Shown here piece by piece: positions 19,485-27,828 of a stretch of DNA of 64,000 nucleotides. Each line of letters begins with the position of its first letter. The stretch's first letter is position 1. The translations under genes were made by a program, and so were the position numbers. This DNA comes from a virus. Taxonomy: Duplodnaviria > Caudoviricetes. The notes under the pieces are model-generated. The model made no database searches. It saw only the letters and a list, made by a program, of their open reading frames with translations, and was not told the DNA's origin. The stretch covers positions 126,354 through 190,353 of IMG/VR virus record IMGVR_UViG_3300033075_000428. One strand, 5' to 3'.

Positions 19485-20771
19485 TTATCCTCTAATCTTG
19501 GAAATTGCGTCTCCGCATTCTGTATCATAGATACAGATTAGGCATTCTTTGCGCTGTGGGTTGAACACCGTCTGGTCTGCGAAACATGCTGGGCTAGAGT
19601 CTGGTTTCCGAATACCCTTTGCTGCCAACGTTGCGTCAACACCAGAAGGTTGAGTCACCGAAGCCATCTGTTGAACTGGTGGTTGTTGCGGCATTGCCAC
19701 TTGTGGAAGTGGCGCTGGTTGAGGTGCTGACATCTGTTCAACAGCGGAAGGTTGCGCTTGAGGTGCTGATGGTGCTGGCTGAGTGAATTGAACTGGCGGT
19801 GCCACTGGTTGCTGTTGCACAGGTGGTGCATATGTCTGAGCAGGAGGCTGGGCAACTGGTGGGTACTGTGGCTGTGCTGGTGGCTGTTGTTGGACAGGCT
19901 GCTGATACTGAGGGGCTGGTGGAGTTGCGGTTTGACCTGGGAACGTATTCCAATTCTCAGGATTAGCTGGTGGTTGCTGGCTTGGGTAGCTAGCTGGGAC
20001 AGCAGAGTGTGCTACACTTGACTGTGCTGCAGAAAGAAGGTACTTGATTTTGTCTTCAAGTAGTCTTGCCGACTGCATGATGCGTCCATAGATTCTATCA
20101 TCTGGATACTTGTAAATCTCACTGAGATTGTACATGTTAGCCAGAGCGTTGTGAATCATCTGTTCGTCTTCAAACAGAGGTGTTTGGACTGGAACTACTT
20201 CACGGTCATAGCTAATCTTTTCACCCTTCTGGACACGTGTAATCTTAACATCTCGTCCCGTGAATGGGTCAGTAATGTTGCCAAAATCAGGATCCATACA
20301 CTTTGAGTATACCCAGTCCAGTGTTGTTTGCTGTGTCTCGAAAATGATAGGAAGCGTTGGGTCGATTGGATACTTCTCTACGTTTGTGTTCGTTGTTGAC
20401 CGCACCAGTGCGTTCATAAATGCTACTGGCTGTGGCTTTAGCTTTTCAAAGAACTTATCCAGACCACTTCCTCTGTACCGATTCATGACTTCCAGAATTG
20501 GGCAACTTACTCGATGCTCTGGATATGTCAATTCAATACAGGTATGATATGTGGTTTCACCAGTCTTCTCTGGGTCTGGTACACCCCAGATGCGCCAAAC
20601 CTTGAATCCCAACAAACCTTCTGAAGAATACGGTGGGAGAATCCGAACCCTGTGGAGACCATTCGACGAAACCTTGAATCTCCGATACTTTTGATTCGAA
20701 CCGTAGCTCTGAGCGGCTGCAGCCGCTTGCTTGGCAACTTCGTTGTTGATTTGAAATGGTTGGTAAGCCAT
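19485..20771 (-). CDS. Single-stranded DNA-binding protein (gp32-like) with a Pro/Gln-rich linker and a C-terminal Cys4 domain
   Basis: VRILPP, CPI and ITDP.TGRD.KITR motifs typical of gp32-like SSBs; located next to recA. Confidence 0.75.
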   Translation of the reverse strand: MAYQPFQINNEVAKQAAAAAQSYGSNQKYRRFKVSSNGLHRVRILPPYSSEGLLGFKVWRIWGVPDPEKTGETTYHTCIELTYPEHRVSCPILEVMNRYRGSGLDKFFEKLKPQPVAFMNALVRSTTNTNVEKYPIDPTLPIIFETQQTTLDWVYSKCMDPDFGNITDPFTGRDVKITRVQKGEKISYDREVVPVQTPLFEDEQMIHNALANMYNLSEIYKYPDDRIYGRIMQSARLLEDKIKYLLSAAQSSVAHSAVPASYPSQQPPANPENWNTFPGQTATPPAPQYQQPVQQQPPAQPQYPPVAQPPAQTYAPPVQQQPVAPPVQFTQPAPSAPQAQPSAVEQMSAPQPAPLPQVAMPQQPPVQQMASVTQPSGVDATLAAKGIRKPDSSPACFADQTVFNPQRKECLICIYDTECGDAISKIRG

Positions 20772-20783
20772 GTTGGGATTTCC

Positions 20784-21938
20784 TTAGATGATTGGTTGGT
20801 TGTTAAGTTCTGTGTGTTCTTTGATGTTCTTCAAGAAACGGGCATCAACAGCTTGCTGGAGATATGAGTTGGACACTGCGCTAGAACAATAGGTATTGAA
20901 CTGGGAGTACAATGAGTTCTTTGTGTTGAGGTCAAAGGTCTTGTCCTTGAATATCAGTTCAAGGAATGGAATCGAGAAGTAGATTGCAATCGGGCAATTT
21001 GAACGAGTCTTCAACAGCGAAAGGAATTCTCCAGCCGCTATAGCAAGAGTGTCATGTGCTTCACGAACGGACTTCGCATTGAAGTATGTATCAAGACGAT
21101 GCTTGTACTGTGTGAACAGTTGGTCATATTCACCCAACGTACAGCCAGAAAATGGCATGTGGTTCTTTGGGTTGAACTTACTGTTCTCAGTAACTTGTTC
21201 TTCTTTCACTGCGTAAATCTTGTCAAGCACATTGTAGTACTTGTCATACACATGCAGGGACTGGGTGTGATGAGTATAGGTACCGACTTCTAAGTTGACA
21301 CAGCCAGCAACGAACTCTTGAATTGCGGAAAACTCAAAGAAATTGATACCACTGAATCCCCAGATGAGGTCATTGCTTCGATTGAAGACACTCATATTGA
21401 GCTTATTGTCTCGAACAAGGAACGACATAAACACATTGCAAGCTACATCTATCCCAGGTTGATGGTCGATTGGTGGGTAAGAGATAGTGATGAATGCGCG
21501 ACGTGTTGTCTTGTCATTGCGAAGAAGCTCGATACAGTGTTGCAACTGGTCAAATGTACCTGTGATTGGGCTTGGGAAAGCTCGTAGACGCACACCATAA
21601 GCAGAACGCCAAGTGTTGCCGTGGTCGTCTGAAAACTGTGGTGCTCGCTTCAAGAACGGAGTGAGATACTTTAGTTCATTGGAACCACCAAGAACCCAAA
21701 GGGTCTCAGCAATCTGGGCGATGACATTGGCACCACGCTCAGGGCAACGGATGATTCTATCTCTGGGGTCACTCGCCATGAGTGTTACAGACAACAATTC
21801 CTTTGTCTCACCAGCACGACTAGGAACAGTCTGTCCATAGTTCGTCATGGTGTTAGTCACTTGGTGAAGAAGGTCAGTCAGTCCGACACCCTCAAATGTA
21901 CCACCAATGAAATTGTCTTCTGCGGGTTCTTGTGTCAT
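20784..21938 (-). CDS. Thymidylate-synthase-family dUMP hydroxymethylase (likely start 21938; frame open to 22280)
   Basis: SRAGETKE, AETLW, AYGVRL, DQL, TRRA, DVACN (catalytic Cys), RSNDLIWG..IN (Asn indicates dUMP rather than dCMP specificity), SLHVY; lies beside dCMP deaminase and hypermodification genes. Confidence 0.85.
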   Translation of the reverse strand: MTQEPAEDNFIGGTFEGVGLTDLLHQVTNTMTNYGQTVPSRAGETKELLSVTLMASDPRDRIIRCPERGANVIAQIAETLWVLGGSNELKYLTPFLKRAPQFSDDHGNTWRSAYGVRLRAFPSPITGTFDQLQHCIELLRNDKTTRRAFITISYPPIDHQPGIDVACNVFMSFLVRDNKLNMSVFNRSNDLIWGFSGINFFEFSAIQEFVAGCVNLEVGTYTHHTQSLHVYDKYYNVLDKIYAVKEEQVTENSKFNPKNHMPFSGCTLGEYDQLFTQYKHRLDTYFNAKSVREAHDTLAIAAGEFLSLLKTRSNCPIAIYFSIPFLELIFKDKTFDLNTKNSLYSQFNTYCSSAVSNSYLQQAVDARFLKNIKEHTELNNQPII

Positions 21939-22080
21939 GTTATCAATCTTGGGTTGGGATATTGGGAAAGGTTTGGAATTCTGAAATATCTCCCTCATAT
22001 CAGAAATCAATATTTCAAGAGGATTGTCACTTGTATCATTATCAAATTCAACAACATACTTACGAGACACAAGTGGCGCA

Positions 22081-22542
22081 TCAAGATTCTTCGGGAAATG
22101 CGTCTTGGTTGAGGAACTCTGCGTCGTCGTATTGGTTTTCAGAGATTCCACGAAGGGAAACGATTTCTTCAATCTTATCTTTGGTAATAGGCTCATAGTC
22201 TTTCCGTGAATAAACAACGCCTTCGGGGGAAATGTAGTAGTACGTAGTAACGATATATCCCTTGCAAACTGCATCGTCAATGATTCGTAACTCCTTACTC
22301 TTGATTCTTGAGTTACCGATTATCATCGTTGGTGTAAGATGCTTTAGCAGGAAAAGTGATTTGCCCTTCGTGGCATCGTATTTAGCATTGCCGTCAATTT
22401 CAACCACAGCACAACGGAACTTTGGCACAATTACAAAATGCTCTGCTGGGATGACTTCTCCGTTACGATAAGTCTCTGAGCCATTGGATAATCTTGCGAT
22501 TAGATGACTCATCTTGCTGTAGAGTTTTCCTTCGTGAATCAC
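22081..22542 (-). CDS. Hypothetical protein
   Basis: 153-aa ORF between dCMP deaminase and the hydroxymethylase. Confidence 0.6.
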   Translation of the reverse strand: MIHEGKLYSKMSHLIARLSNGSETYRNGEVIPAEHFVIVPKFRCAVVEIDGNAKYDATKGKSLFLLKHLTPTMIIGNSRIKSKELRIIDDAVCKGYIVTTYYYISPEGVVYSRKDYEPITKDKIEEIVSLRGISENQYDDAEFLNQDAFPEES

Positions 22543-22643
22543 AGGGAACCTATTTGGTTGGTGAGGACAGTCTCACTTTGCATTCGCCTAGGGAGAGAAC
22601 GTGCGAAATTCTCTTAAGAACTTAGCTATTTGCAATCACGAGA

Positions 22644-23090
22644 TTAGGTAGAGTGGTGTTCGAGTAGTTCCAATTGAACAAACTGCTCGAAATATTGCAT
22701 TGCTGCAAGGGTCGCGGGAGAACTGGGCACGTAGCTATTGGCGTAGACCACTCGGGTAATTCCAACTTGAATGATAGCCTTGATACAACCTTCGCATGGT
22801 TGATGGGTAACATAGATAGTGCATCCGTCAAGACAAATTCTGGACGCAACGAGTAGAGCGTTGAGTTCTGCGTGAACGCATCTAACACATCGCTGTTGGT
22901 CGTTGAGTAAGCATCCGACATCCAAGCAATGTGGAGTGTTTTTTGGCGAGCCATTGTACCCTGTTGAGATGATTCTGTTGTTAGTATCGACTAAAACTGC
23001 ACCAACTTTCAGTCTCTGACACGTTGACCGTGTTGAAACTTGGTGAGCTATGCCCATGAACATCTCATCGAACGAAGGTCTTGCCGACAT
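22644..23090 (-). CDS. dCMP deaminase (ComEB family)
   Basis: RSTC...VGA, TGYNG, HAE.NA and PCEGC zinc motifs. Confidence 0.95.
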   Translation of the reverse strand: MSARPSFDEMFMGIAHQVSTRSTCQRLKVGAVLVDTNNRIISTGYNGSPKNTPHCLDVGCLLNDQQRCVRCVHAELNALLVASRICLDGCTIYVTHQPCEGCIKAIIQVGITRVVYANSYVPSSPATLAAMQYFEQFVQLELLEHHST

Positions 23091-23125
23091 AATCTTATGA
23101 AACTCAAAATTTTAGCGGTATCACA

Positions 23126-24067
23126 CTAGTAATTTCTGCGTCTACCCGTCCCACGGGCGATGTTGAAGTACTTTCTCGCTTCACAGAAAACGCTCTCAAC
23201 GTTGTTCATCGACAGATATGGTTGATTGCTATATGCAGCACGATAGTAGATTTCCATCCAGTCCTTTCCTGTTCGGTCACGAAGCTTATTGAACATCTCT
23301 TCTTGACGCATCCATGTTCTCTTGATGTACTCGGCAAGCACTTTTCTATTTGGTGTCGGGTCATTGTACATCTCTTGGAGTGACTGTATTGTCCCTGGGC
23401 CGACAGTTGCTAGGTCATGGTTGTCATCAAGCTTGTAAACAAAGTAATGCGGTCTACAGTAAGTTAGGTCTTGAACAATCTCAGAAGCTAAGAACTCACC
23501 AATCAACCGAACCTTTGAAAGTGTCTTCACAGCTTCCTGCAAAGAACTAGCCATTCGTAGCTCATTGTGAATGTCATCGATGTTCTTTGATACGAAGTCA
23601 AACATCAAGAGGAACTGAGCATGTTTGTCCTTACGGTATTCAGGGTCGAATTTCATCTGAGTGACGGTGTAAGCTGGGTTCCACAGCTTAACACCTTTCG
23701 CCATCTTTGAGTCCAGTACACGCTCGTAGAACTTCCAATCAAAGGTTCTTGGCTCAAGCACAGGGAACAGAATATCAAACGTGTTGTGGAGATTAAAGAC
23801 ACGTCCGATGATTAGGTTGAAGAGCTTTTCCTCTGGAGGTATTGTTTCCTTTGAACAGATGCGCTCAATGAGGTGGATACTTGTTTTGTCTAGTTCACGA
23901 TACACGTTGGTGAACTTATACGCCTGAAGCAATGGATTCGTTGTCCATGGCTTCGGCATCCCAAGCACAAAGCGGTTATGCCATACAAGTTGTCTGTCGT
24001 AAACGAATTCAAAGAGGTCATCCAATGTTGGCATGAACTCTTCAGGAAGCATTGCGTTGAGTGCCAT
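23126..24067 (-). CDS. Amino-acid/amine:DNA transferase, alpha-glutamyl/putrescinyl-thymine pyrophosphorylase clade 1 (aGPT-PPlase1)
   Basis: F..DRQ.VW..R...G.PKPWTTNP.L..YKFTNVYRELDKT signature, HhH-like IGEFLASEIVQDL, VGPG, E..FCE.RKY. Confidence 0.88.
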   Translation of the reverse strand: MALNAMLPEEFMPTLDDLFEFVYDRQLVWHNRFVLGMPKPWTTNPLLQAYKFTNVYRELDKTSIHLIERICSKETIPPEEKLFNLIIGRVFNLHNTFDILFPVLEPRTFDWKFYERVLDSKMAKGVKLWNPAYTVTQMKFDPEYRKDKHAQFLLMFDFVSKNIDDIHNELRMASSLQEAVKTLSKVRLIGEFLASEIVQDLTYCRPHYFVYKLDDNHDLATVGPGTIQSLQEMYNDPTPNRKVLAEYIKRTWMRQEEMFNKLRDRTGKDWMEIYYRAAYSNQPYLSMNNVESVFCEARKYFNIARGTGRRRNY

Positions 24068-24068
24068 G

Positions 24069-24500
24069 TTAGCTTGTGATATACTGTGGTGGTACGAATT
24101 CCCTTGGAAGAATGATGTTCTGTGGGATTGATTCGTAAATACTGAAGAAGACTTGTTGCATCTGCTCTATTGTAAATCCAGCAATTCCAGTTCCTATCTT
24201 CGTCATGAAGAACTTCATATTTGGATTAGTTCCAGCGATAATACAGAGCGTACTGACTTGATTCTCAATGTCTTTGAGCGTGATTCCAACAGTACCTGTT
24301 AGGTCAACTGTCATGATTGCGTAGCACTTTCCTTGGAATCCTATTGGGTTTCCTAACACTGCTCCAAAATGGTCAAGACACGTTCTAGCTAGTCCTGCTC
24401 CGTGTCTACCAGAGGTGTTGCTACCAAATACAATGTAAGTGCCCTGACCGTGAATGTCTTCATGGTCTAAGAATTCAGGAGTGAAGACTGAGCGCATCAT
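24069..24500 (-). CDS. Conserved phage protein of the VFGSNxxGxHGxGxA family (possibly macrodomain-like)
   Basis: IVFGSNTSGRHGAGLA...G.QG.CYAI...FFMTKIGTGIAGF...NIILP.EF. Confidence 0.75.
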   Translation of the reverse strand: MMRSVFTPEFLDHEDIHGQGTYIVFGSNTSGRHGAGLARTCLDHFGAVLGNPIGFQGKCYAIMTVDLTGTVGITLKDIENQVSTLCIIAGTNPNMKFFMTKIGTGIAGFTIEQMQQVFFSIYESIPQNIILPREFVPPQYITS

Positions 24501-25075
24501 GTCCTTGCAGAGTGTCGCATGACAGAATCCATAATGGACTCAACAATTCTAGCTGAGTCTGCTGGCGTATCATTCTTGACAAGGTTTGGAAAGTATGTGG
24601 ACTCTTCAATGATGTTCTTATACTTTGTTTTCCTTCCCTTCAAGAACTGCTCCTTCTGATTGATTCCTTTTTCTTTCCTCTGCTCACGACGTTGCGCTAG
24701 CACTTCGTCAGAACAGGTTAGAATGAACATCATAAGTGATGTGTTGGGGAGAGTGCGAAGATGATTGAAGAAGTTTTGTTGAAACAATCGGTCTCCCTCA
24801 AAGAGAACCACAATCTTCTGCTGTGGTGGAAGAGTAGATAGATGCGTTGCGAACTTGCGTCCATCTCTAAGAGCTATCATGGACAAGCGGTCTGTCCCAA
24901 GGAAAGCATTATCCACATTGTAGATGCCAAGTACAAATATCCCACCTTGATGCTTTGTGCCGCGAATTAAGTCGAACTGAAAGTCAGTTCCCTCACCCAA
25001 CTGTGGAAGTATCTGTTGCATGATGTTAGTCTTGCCAGTACCAGGCTCACCACCGATTGCAATGTATGTAATCAT
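24497..25075 (-). CDS. P-loop kinase, probable 5-hydroxymethyluracil DNA kinase (5-HMUDK)
   Basis: IGGEPGTGKT, LG.Y...F.GTDRLSM, LFEGDRLF, R...R...Q...FLKGR.TK pattern of the kinases linked to aGPT-PPlases. Confidence 0.82.
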   Translation of the reverse strand: MITYIAIGGEPGTGKTNIMQQILPQLGEGTDFQFDLIRGTKHQGGIFVLGIYNVDNAFLGTDRLSMIALRDGRKFATHLSTLPPQQKIVVLFEGDRLFQQNFFNHLRTLPNTSLMMFILTCSDEVLAQRREQRKEKGINQKEQFLKGRKTKYKNIIEESTYFPNLVKNDTPADSARIVESIMDSVMRHSART

Positions 25076-25326
25076 CGTATTCCAGAGAGTTGTTCTAGTA
25101 TGCGCTTGCTGAAGGGCTTCTGTTCTGAGAAGCCAGTGAATCCACGGTTATCGTGGTAAATCTCGGTGATGGTGAGATTCCTATTATCCACGAATACTAT
25201 ACGCTTATTCCCATGTTGGAATAGTATTCTAGGAACAATAGAAGACACAGAAAAAACAAGGTCTTGCTCTTCTGTGTCTTGTAAAAGTAACCAATCTTGG
25301 TCTTCGAACAATACTGTCACTGACAC
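25072..25326 (-). CDS. Hypothetical protein
   Basis: 84-aa ORF with an ATGA overlap to the kinase gene. Confidence 0.6.
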   Translation of the reverse strand: MSVTVLFEDQDWLLLQDTEEQDLVFSVSSIVPRILFQHGNKRIVFVDNRNLTITEIYHDNRGFTGFSEQKPFSKRILEQLSGIR

Positions 25327-25327
25327 A

Positions 25328-25360
25328 ACCAGCTTTCATGAATCCGTTTGGAAAGCTGGT
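25328..25360 (-). terminator. Stem-loop downstream of the beta-rich protein gene
   Basis: ACCAGCTTTC-N13-GAAAGCTGGT, 10-bp stem; weak U-tract. Confidence 0.5.
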
Positions 25361-25377
25361 AGAACGAATAACCTGTG

Positions 25378-26244
25378 TTACTCGCTAAAGAACTCGCAGT
25401 AGAAACCAGAATTGCCGAATGATATCAGGCGCACATACTTTGCGGCGTTCACAGTTCGTACTTCTGTTGTATTGTTAGCAACAGAAAGTGTCTGGTCATA
25501 CGCATATGTGTAACCATCTTGTGAGTCCGACAAGATGATTTGAATGGTGGAACCAGTGGTGTTCTGAATTGAAAGCTTATTGAACTGCTCAAAGCTTGTC
25601 TTAATCAGATGCTCATTGGGTGAGGTGTCCCGATGCTTGTATGAAGCTAGAATGTTCTGGGCAGGTGACGTGTCAGGGACAAAGTAGAACAGAAGCAAGA
25701 ACGATCCGTCAGCATAATTGATTGTTCCAGCAATGAGGTTCTTACCTGTTAATCTGCCACGATAGTCATCAACATAGTTTTCAGTTACCCCATCGAACTT
25801 TACTTTGAACGTCACGGAACCAGGAGTAATATTCGTCTCTGGCAGTTGACCGCGATACTTAGTGATGCTAGTAGCAACTGCTACCGAGGTATCATAGTTT
25901 GTTACTTGGTAAGGACCAACGGGAGCGTAACTGTAATTACCAGTAATAGTAGAAGCATTGTCTGGTGCTGTGCCTGTAAATGTCAACGTCCAAGCACCAG
26001 TATAGTAGTTAATGGTTCCTGTTACAGCAGTCCCAGACAGTACACCCAAACCATCGTCTGTAATTGCTACTGGTGTAGTGGAAACTGTTGCTGTAAAAGC
26101 GCACGTTGTTGGTTTAACAACCTTTTGTGCAAGTGTACCAGAGAATACTAGGATAACACCATCTGGACTTGAAGAAAGTGTCTCACTGGTTACGTTGGTA
26201 ACTGCAGCAAACGAGGGAGTTTTTACTATCTTGATATCAGACAT
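25378..26244 (-). CDS. Putative virion decoration protein with two beta-rich repeat modules (paralog of 26345-27190)
   Basis: Thr/Gly/Ser-rich; two copies of a PGSV..DxGxGxLxG...GTINYxTG module. Confidence 0.7.
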   Translation of the reverse strand: MSDIKIVKTPSFAAVTNVTSETLSSSPDGVILVFSGTLAQKVVKPTTCAFTATVSTTPVAITDDGLGVLSGTAVTGTINYYTGAWTLTFTGTAPDNASTITGNYSYAPVGPYQVTNYDTSVAVATSITKYRGQLPETNITPGSVTFKVKFDGVTENYVDDYRGRLTGKNLIAGTINYADGSFLLLFYFVPDTSPAQNILASYKHRDTSPNEHLIKTSFEQFNKLSIQNTTGSTIQIILSDSQDGYTYAYDQTLSVANNTTEVRTVNAAKYVRLISFGNSGFYCEFFSE

Positions 26245-26275
26245 TGGTGTTCCTATGAGTATTGTTCTTAAAACA

Positions 26276-26309
26276 GAATAGCACCGCCATTTACATGACA
26301 GTGCTATTC
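26276..26309 (-). terminator. Intrinsic terminator
   Basis: GAATAGCAC/GTGCTATTC stem followed by TGTTTT on the minus strand. Confidence 0.6.
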
Positions 26310-26344
26310 CGCTTCAGGGTATTCCATTCTCTCTAGGAGTGGAA

Positions 26345-27190
26345 TTAAACCATCGTTGCTACCACTTCAAGTGAATCGCCAGTGGAAACTACACGATATG
26401 CCTTGTTGGTTTCAACAGCAAAGACCTTTGCAGTTGCTCCAGCAGGAATATTGAAGTAGTCAACTGCTGTGTAGGTCACTTCGTCTGGCGACGAGTAGAG
26501 GAAACCTTTGACAGCGCCATCTTGGCGAGACTGGATAGAAATCGTATTGATGTCGTCAGCCAACTTTGCAACTACTTCTTCGTGAGTTTCCGTATCACGA
26601 TGCTTGTAGGTGCAAGTCATTGCTGCAACGTCAGGCGGTGTCGAGAAGTAGAACTTGAAGTATCCATCAAAGTAATTGATGAATCCAGACGACAAGTTAC
26701 TTCCTGTCAACTTACCTAACTTGTCCTCTGTGAAGGTCACAGGAGACGAAGAGAAGTTGATTGAAAACGTGACGGAACCTGGAACGATATGCTTCTTTGG
26801 CAAGAAACCTTCGTACACAGTCACGCCAGCGGCACCTGTTACACCAGTGGAACCAGCAGTAACTTGGAATGGACCGACAAGTGCATATGAATACGAGCAA
26901 GTAATTGCAGTCGCATTGTCAGGAGCACCACCAGTGAAGTCTAGCACCAGAGCACCAGTAAGGTAGTTAATCGTGCCAGAAACAAGTCCAGCGCCAGTTA
27001 ACACACCCTTACCATTGTCAGTTGCTGTCTTCGCGGTACCGTCTGTCCACTTCACAAGCACAGAGCCAGGAACTACTGGCTTGTTCGCGAGTGTCACAGA
27101 GAAGTTCACAAGCGTGTTGTCACCAGTGCCGACAGATTCATTCACAGCATTGGATGCAGCAGCAAACTTCTTGGTTTGAATACGAGACAT
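26345..27190 (-). CDS. Putative virion decoration protein with two beta-rich repeat modules (paralog of 25378-26244)
   Basis: PVVPGSV...TDNGKGVLTG...GTINYLTG and IVPGSV...EDKLGKLTG...GFINYFDG; collinear with the downstream paralog. Confidence 0.7.
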   Translation of the reverse strand: MSRIQTKKFAAASNAVNESVGTGDNTLVNFSVTLANKPVVPGSVLVKWTDGTAKTATDNGKGVLTGAGLVSGTINYLTGALVLDFTGGAPDNATAITCSYSYALVGPFQVTAGSTGVTGAAGVTVYEGFLPKKHIVPGSVTFSINFSSSPVTFTEDKLGKLTGSNLSSGFINYFDGYFKFYFSTPPDVAAMTCTYKHRDTETHEEVVAKLADDINTISIQSRQDGAVKGFLYSSPDEVTYTAVDYFNIPAGATAKVFAVETNKAYRVVSTGDSLEVVATMV

Positions 27191-27232
27191 TAGTAAATCC
27201 TTTCTTGGTTAAGAGTTTTGTACAAGAATGGA

Positions 27233-27700
27233 TTACTGACGTGCGTACATGTTAGCAAACTTCTCCAAATGCTCACGGCCAATCTTCAACAGAGCAGTTG
27301 CGATCAGTTCAGACTTCTTCCATTCGGTGATTTCGTCAGAAGTCTTCGTGCGGGTCGAACCCGTACCTTCGTTGACATAGAAGACGTCAACGTTACCATC
27401 TTGATAAAGATGTACTTCTACATACTTTTCTGGAGTGTCCTTCATGTACATGATGAATTGTACACGACCGTTACCTTCACGCACGCCTTGACCAGACGTT
27501 ACGAAATCAGCATGGTCGATAACAGCACCCTTGTACGTCGTCTTGCTCTTCAACAGCTTTGCAACTTGACCCATTGCAGCGAAGAAGATGAATCCCTTAC
27601 CAGAAATCTTTTCATTCGTTGGCTTGCGTCCTGCAACCAGCGCATCTGCAATCTTGCCTGTCGGCGTATTGCTTTCGATTAGCTCACGTAGTGTGGGCAT
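27233..27700 (-). CDS. Hypothetical protein, possible internal head protein (likely start ATG 27700)
   Basis: GGAG RBS upstream of ATG 27700; N-terminus MPTLRELIES. Confidence 0.7.
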   Translation of the reverse strand: MPTLRELIESNTPTGKIADALVAGRKPTNEKISGKGFIFFAAMGQVAKLLKSKTTYKGAVIDHADFVTSGQGVREGNGRVQFIMYMKDTPEKYVEVHLYQDGNVDVFYVNEGTGSTRTKTSDEITEWKKSELIATALLKIGREHLEKFANMYARQ

Positions 27701-27724
27701 AGTTAACTCCAAAATTGTTTAGTC

Positions 27725-27788
27725 ATTGCTGACCGTGAAACGTTGTGAACTATTATGACTTGCGGTTACAACGTTTTGTGCGAGCAAT
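27725..27788. repeat. Extended imperfect inverted repeat in an intergenic region
   Basis: Outer stem ATTGCT/AGCAAT; inner stem AAACGTTGT(G)AAC/GTTACAACGTTT. Confidence 0.7.
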
Positions 27789-27828
27789 AAAGTTCAAAAC
27801 TTTCTGAGGATAGAATCCATATCTGATT

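Noticed and set aside
20784-21938. Ordinary thymidylate synthase or dCMP hydroxymethylase
   Set aside because: The DxxCN and RSND..WG motifs and the neighbouring kinase and transferases fit a hydroxymethylase; Asn at the specificity position and the dCMP deaminase argue for dUMP.
22622-22954. 110-aa alternative-frame ORF
   Set aside because: It overlaps the well-supported dCMP deaminase and has no motifs.
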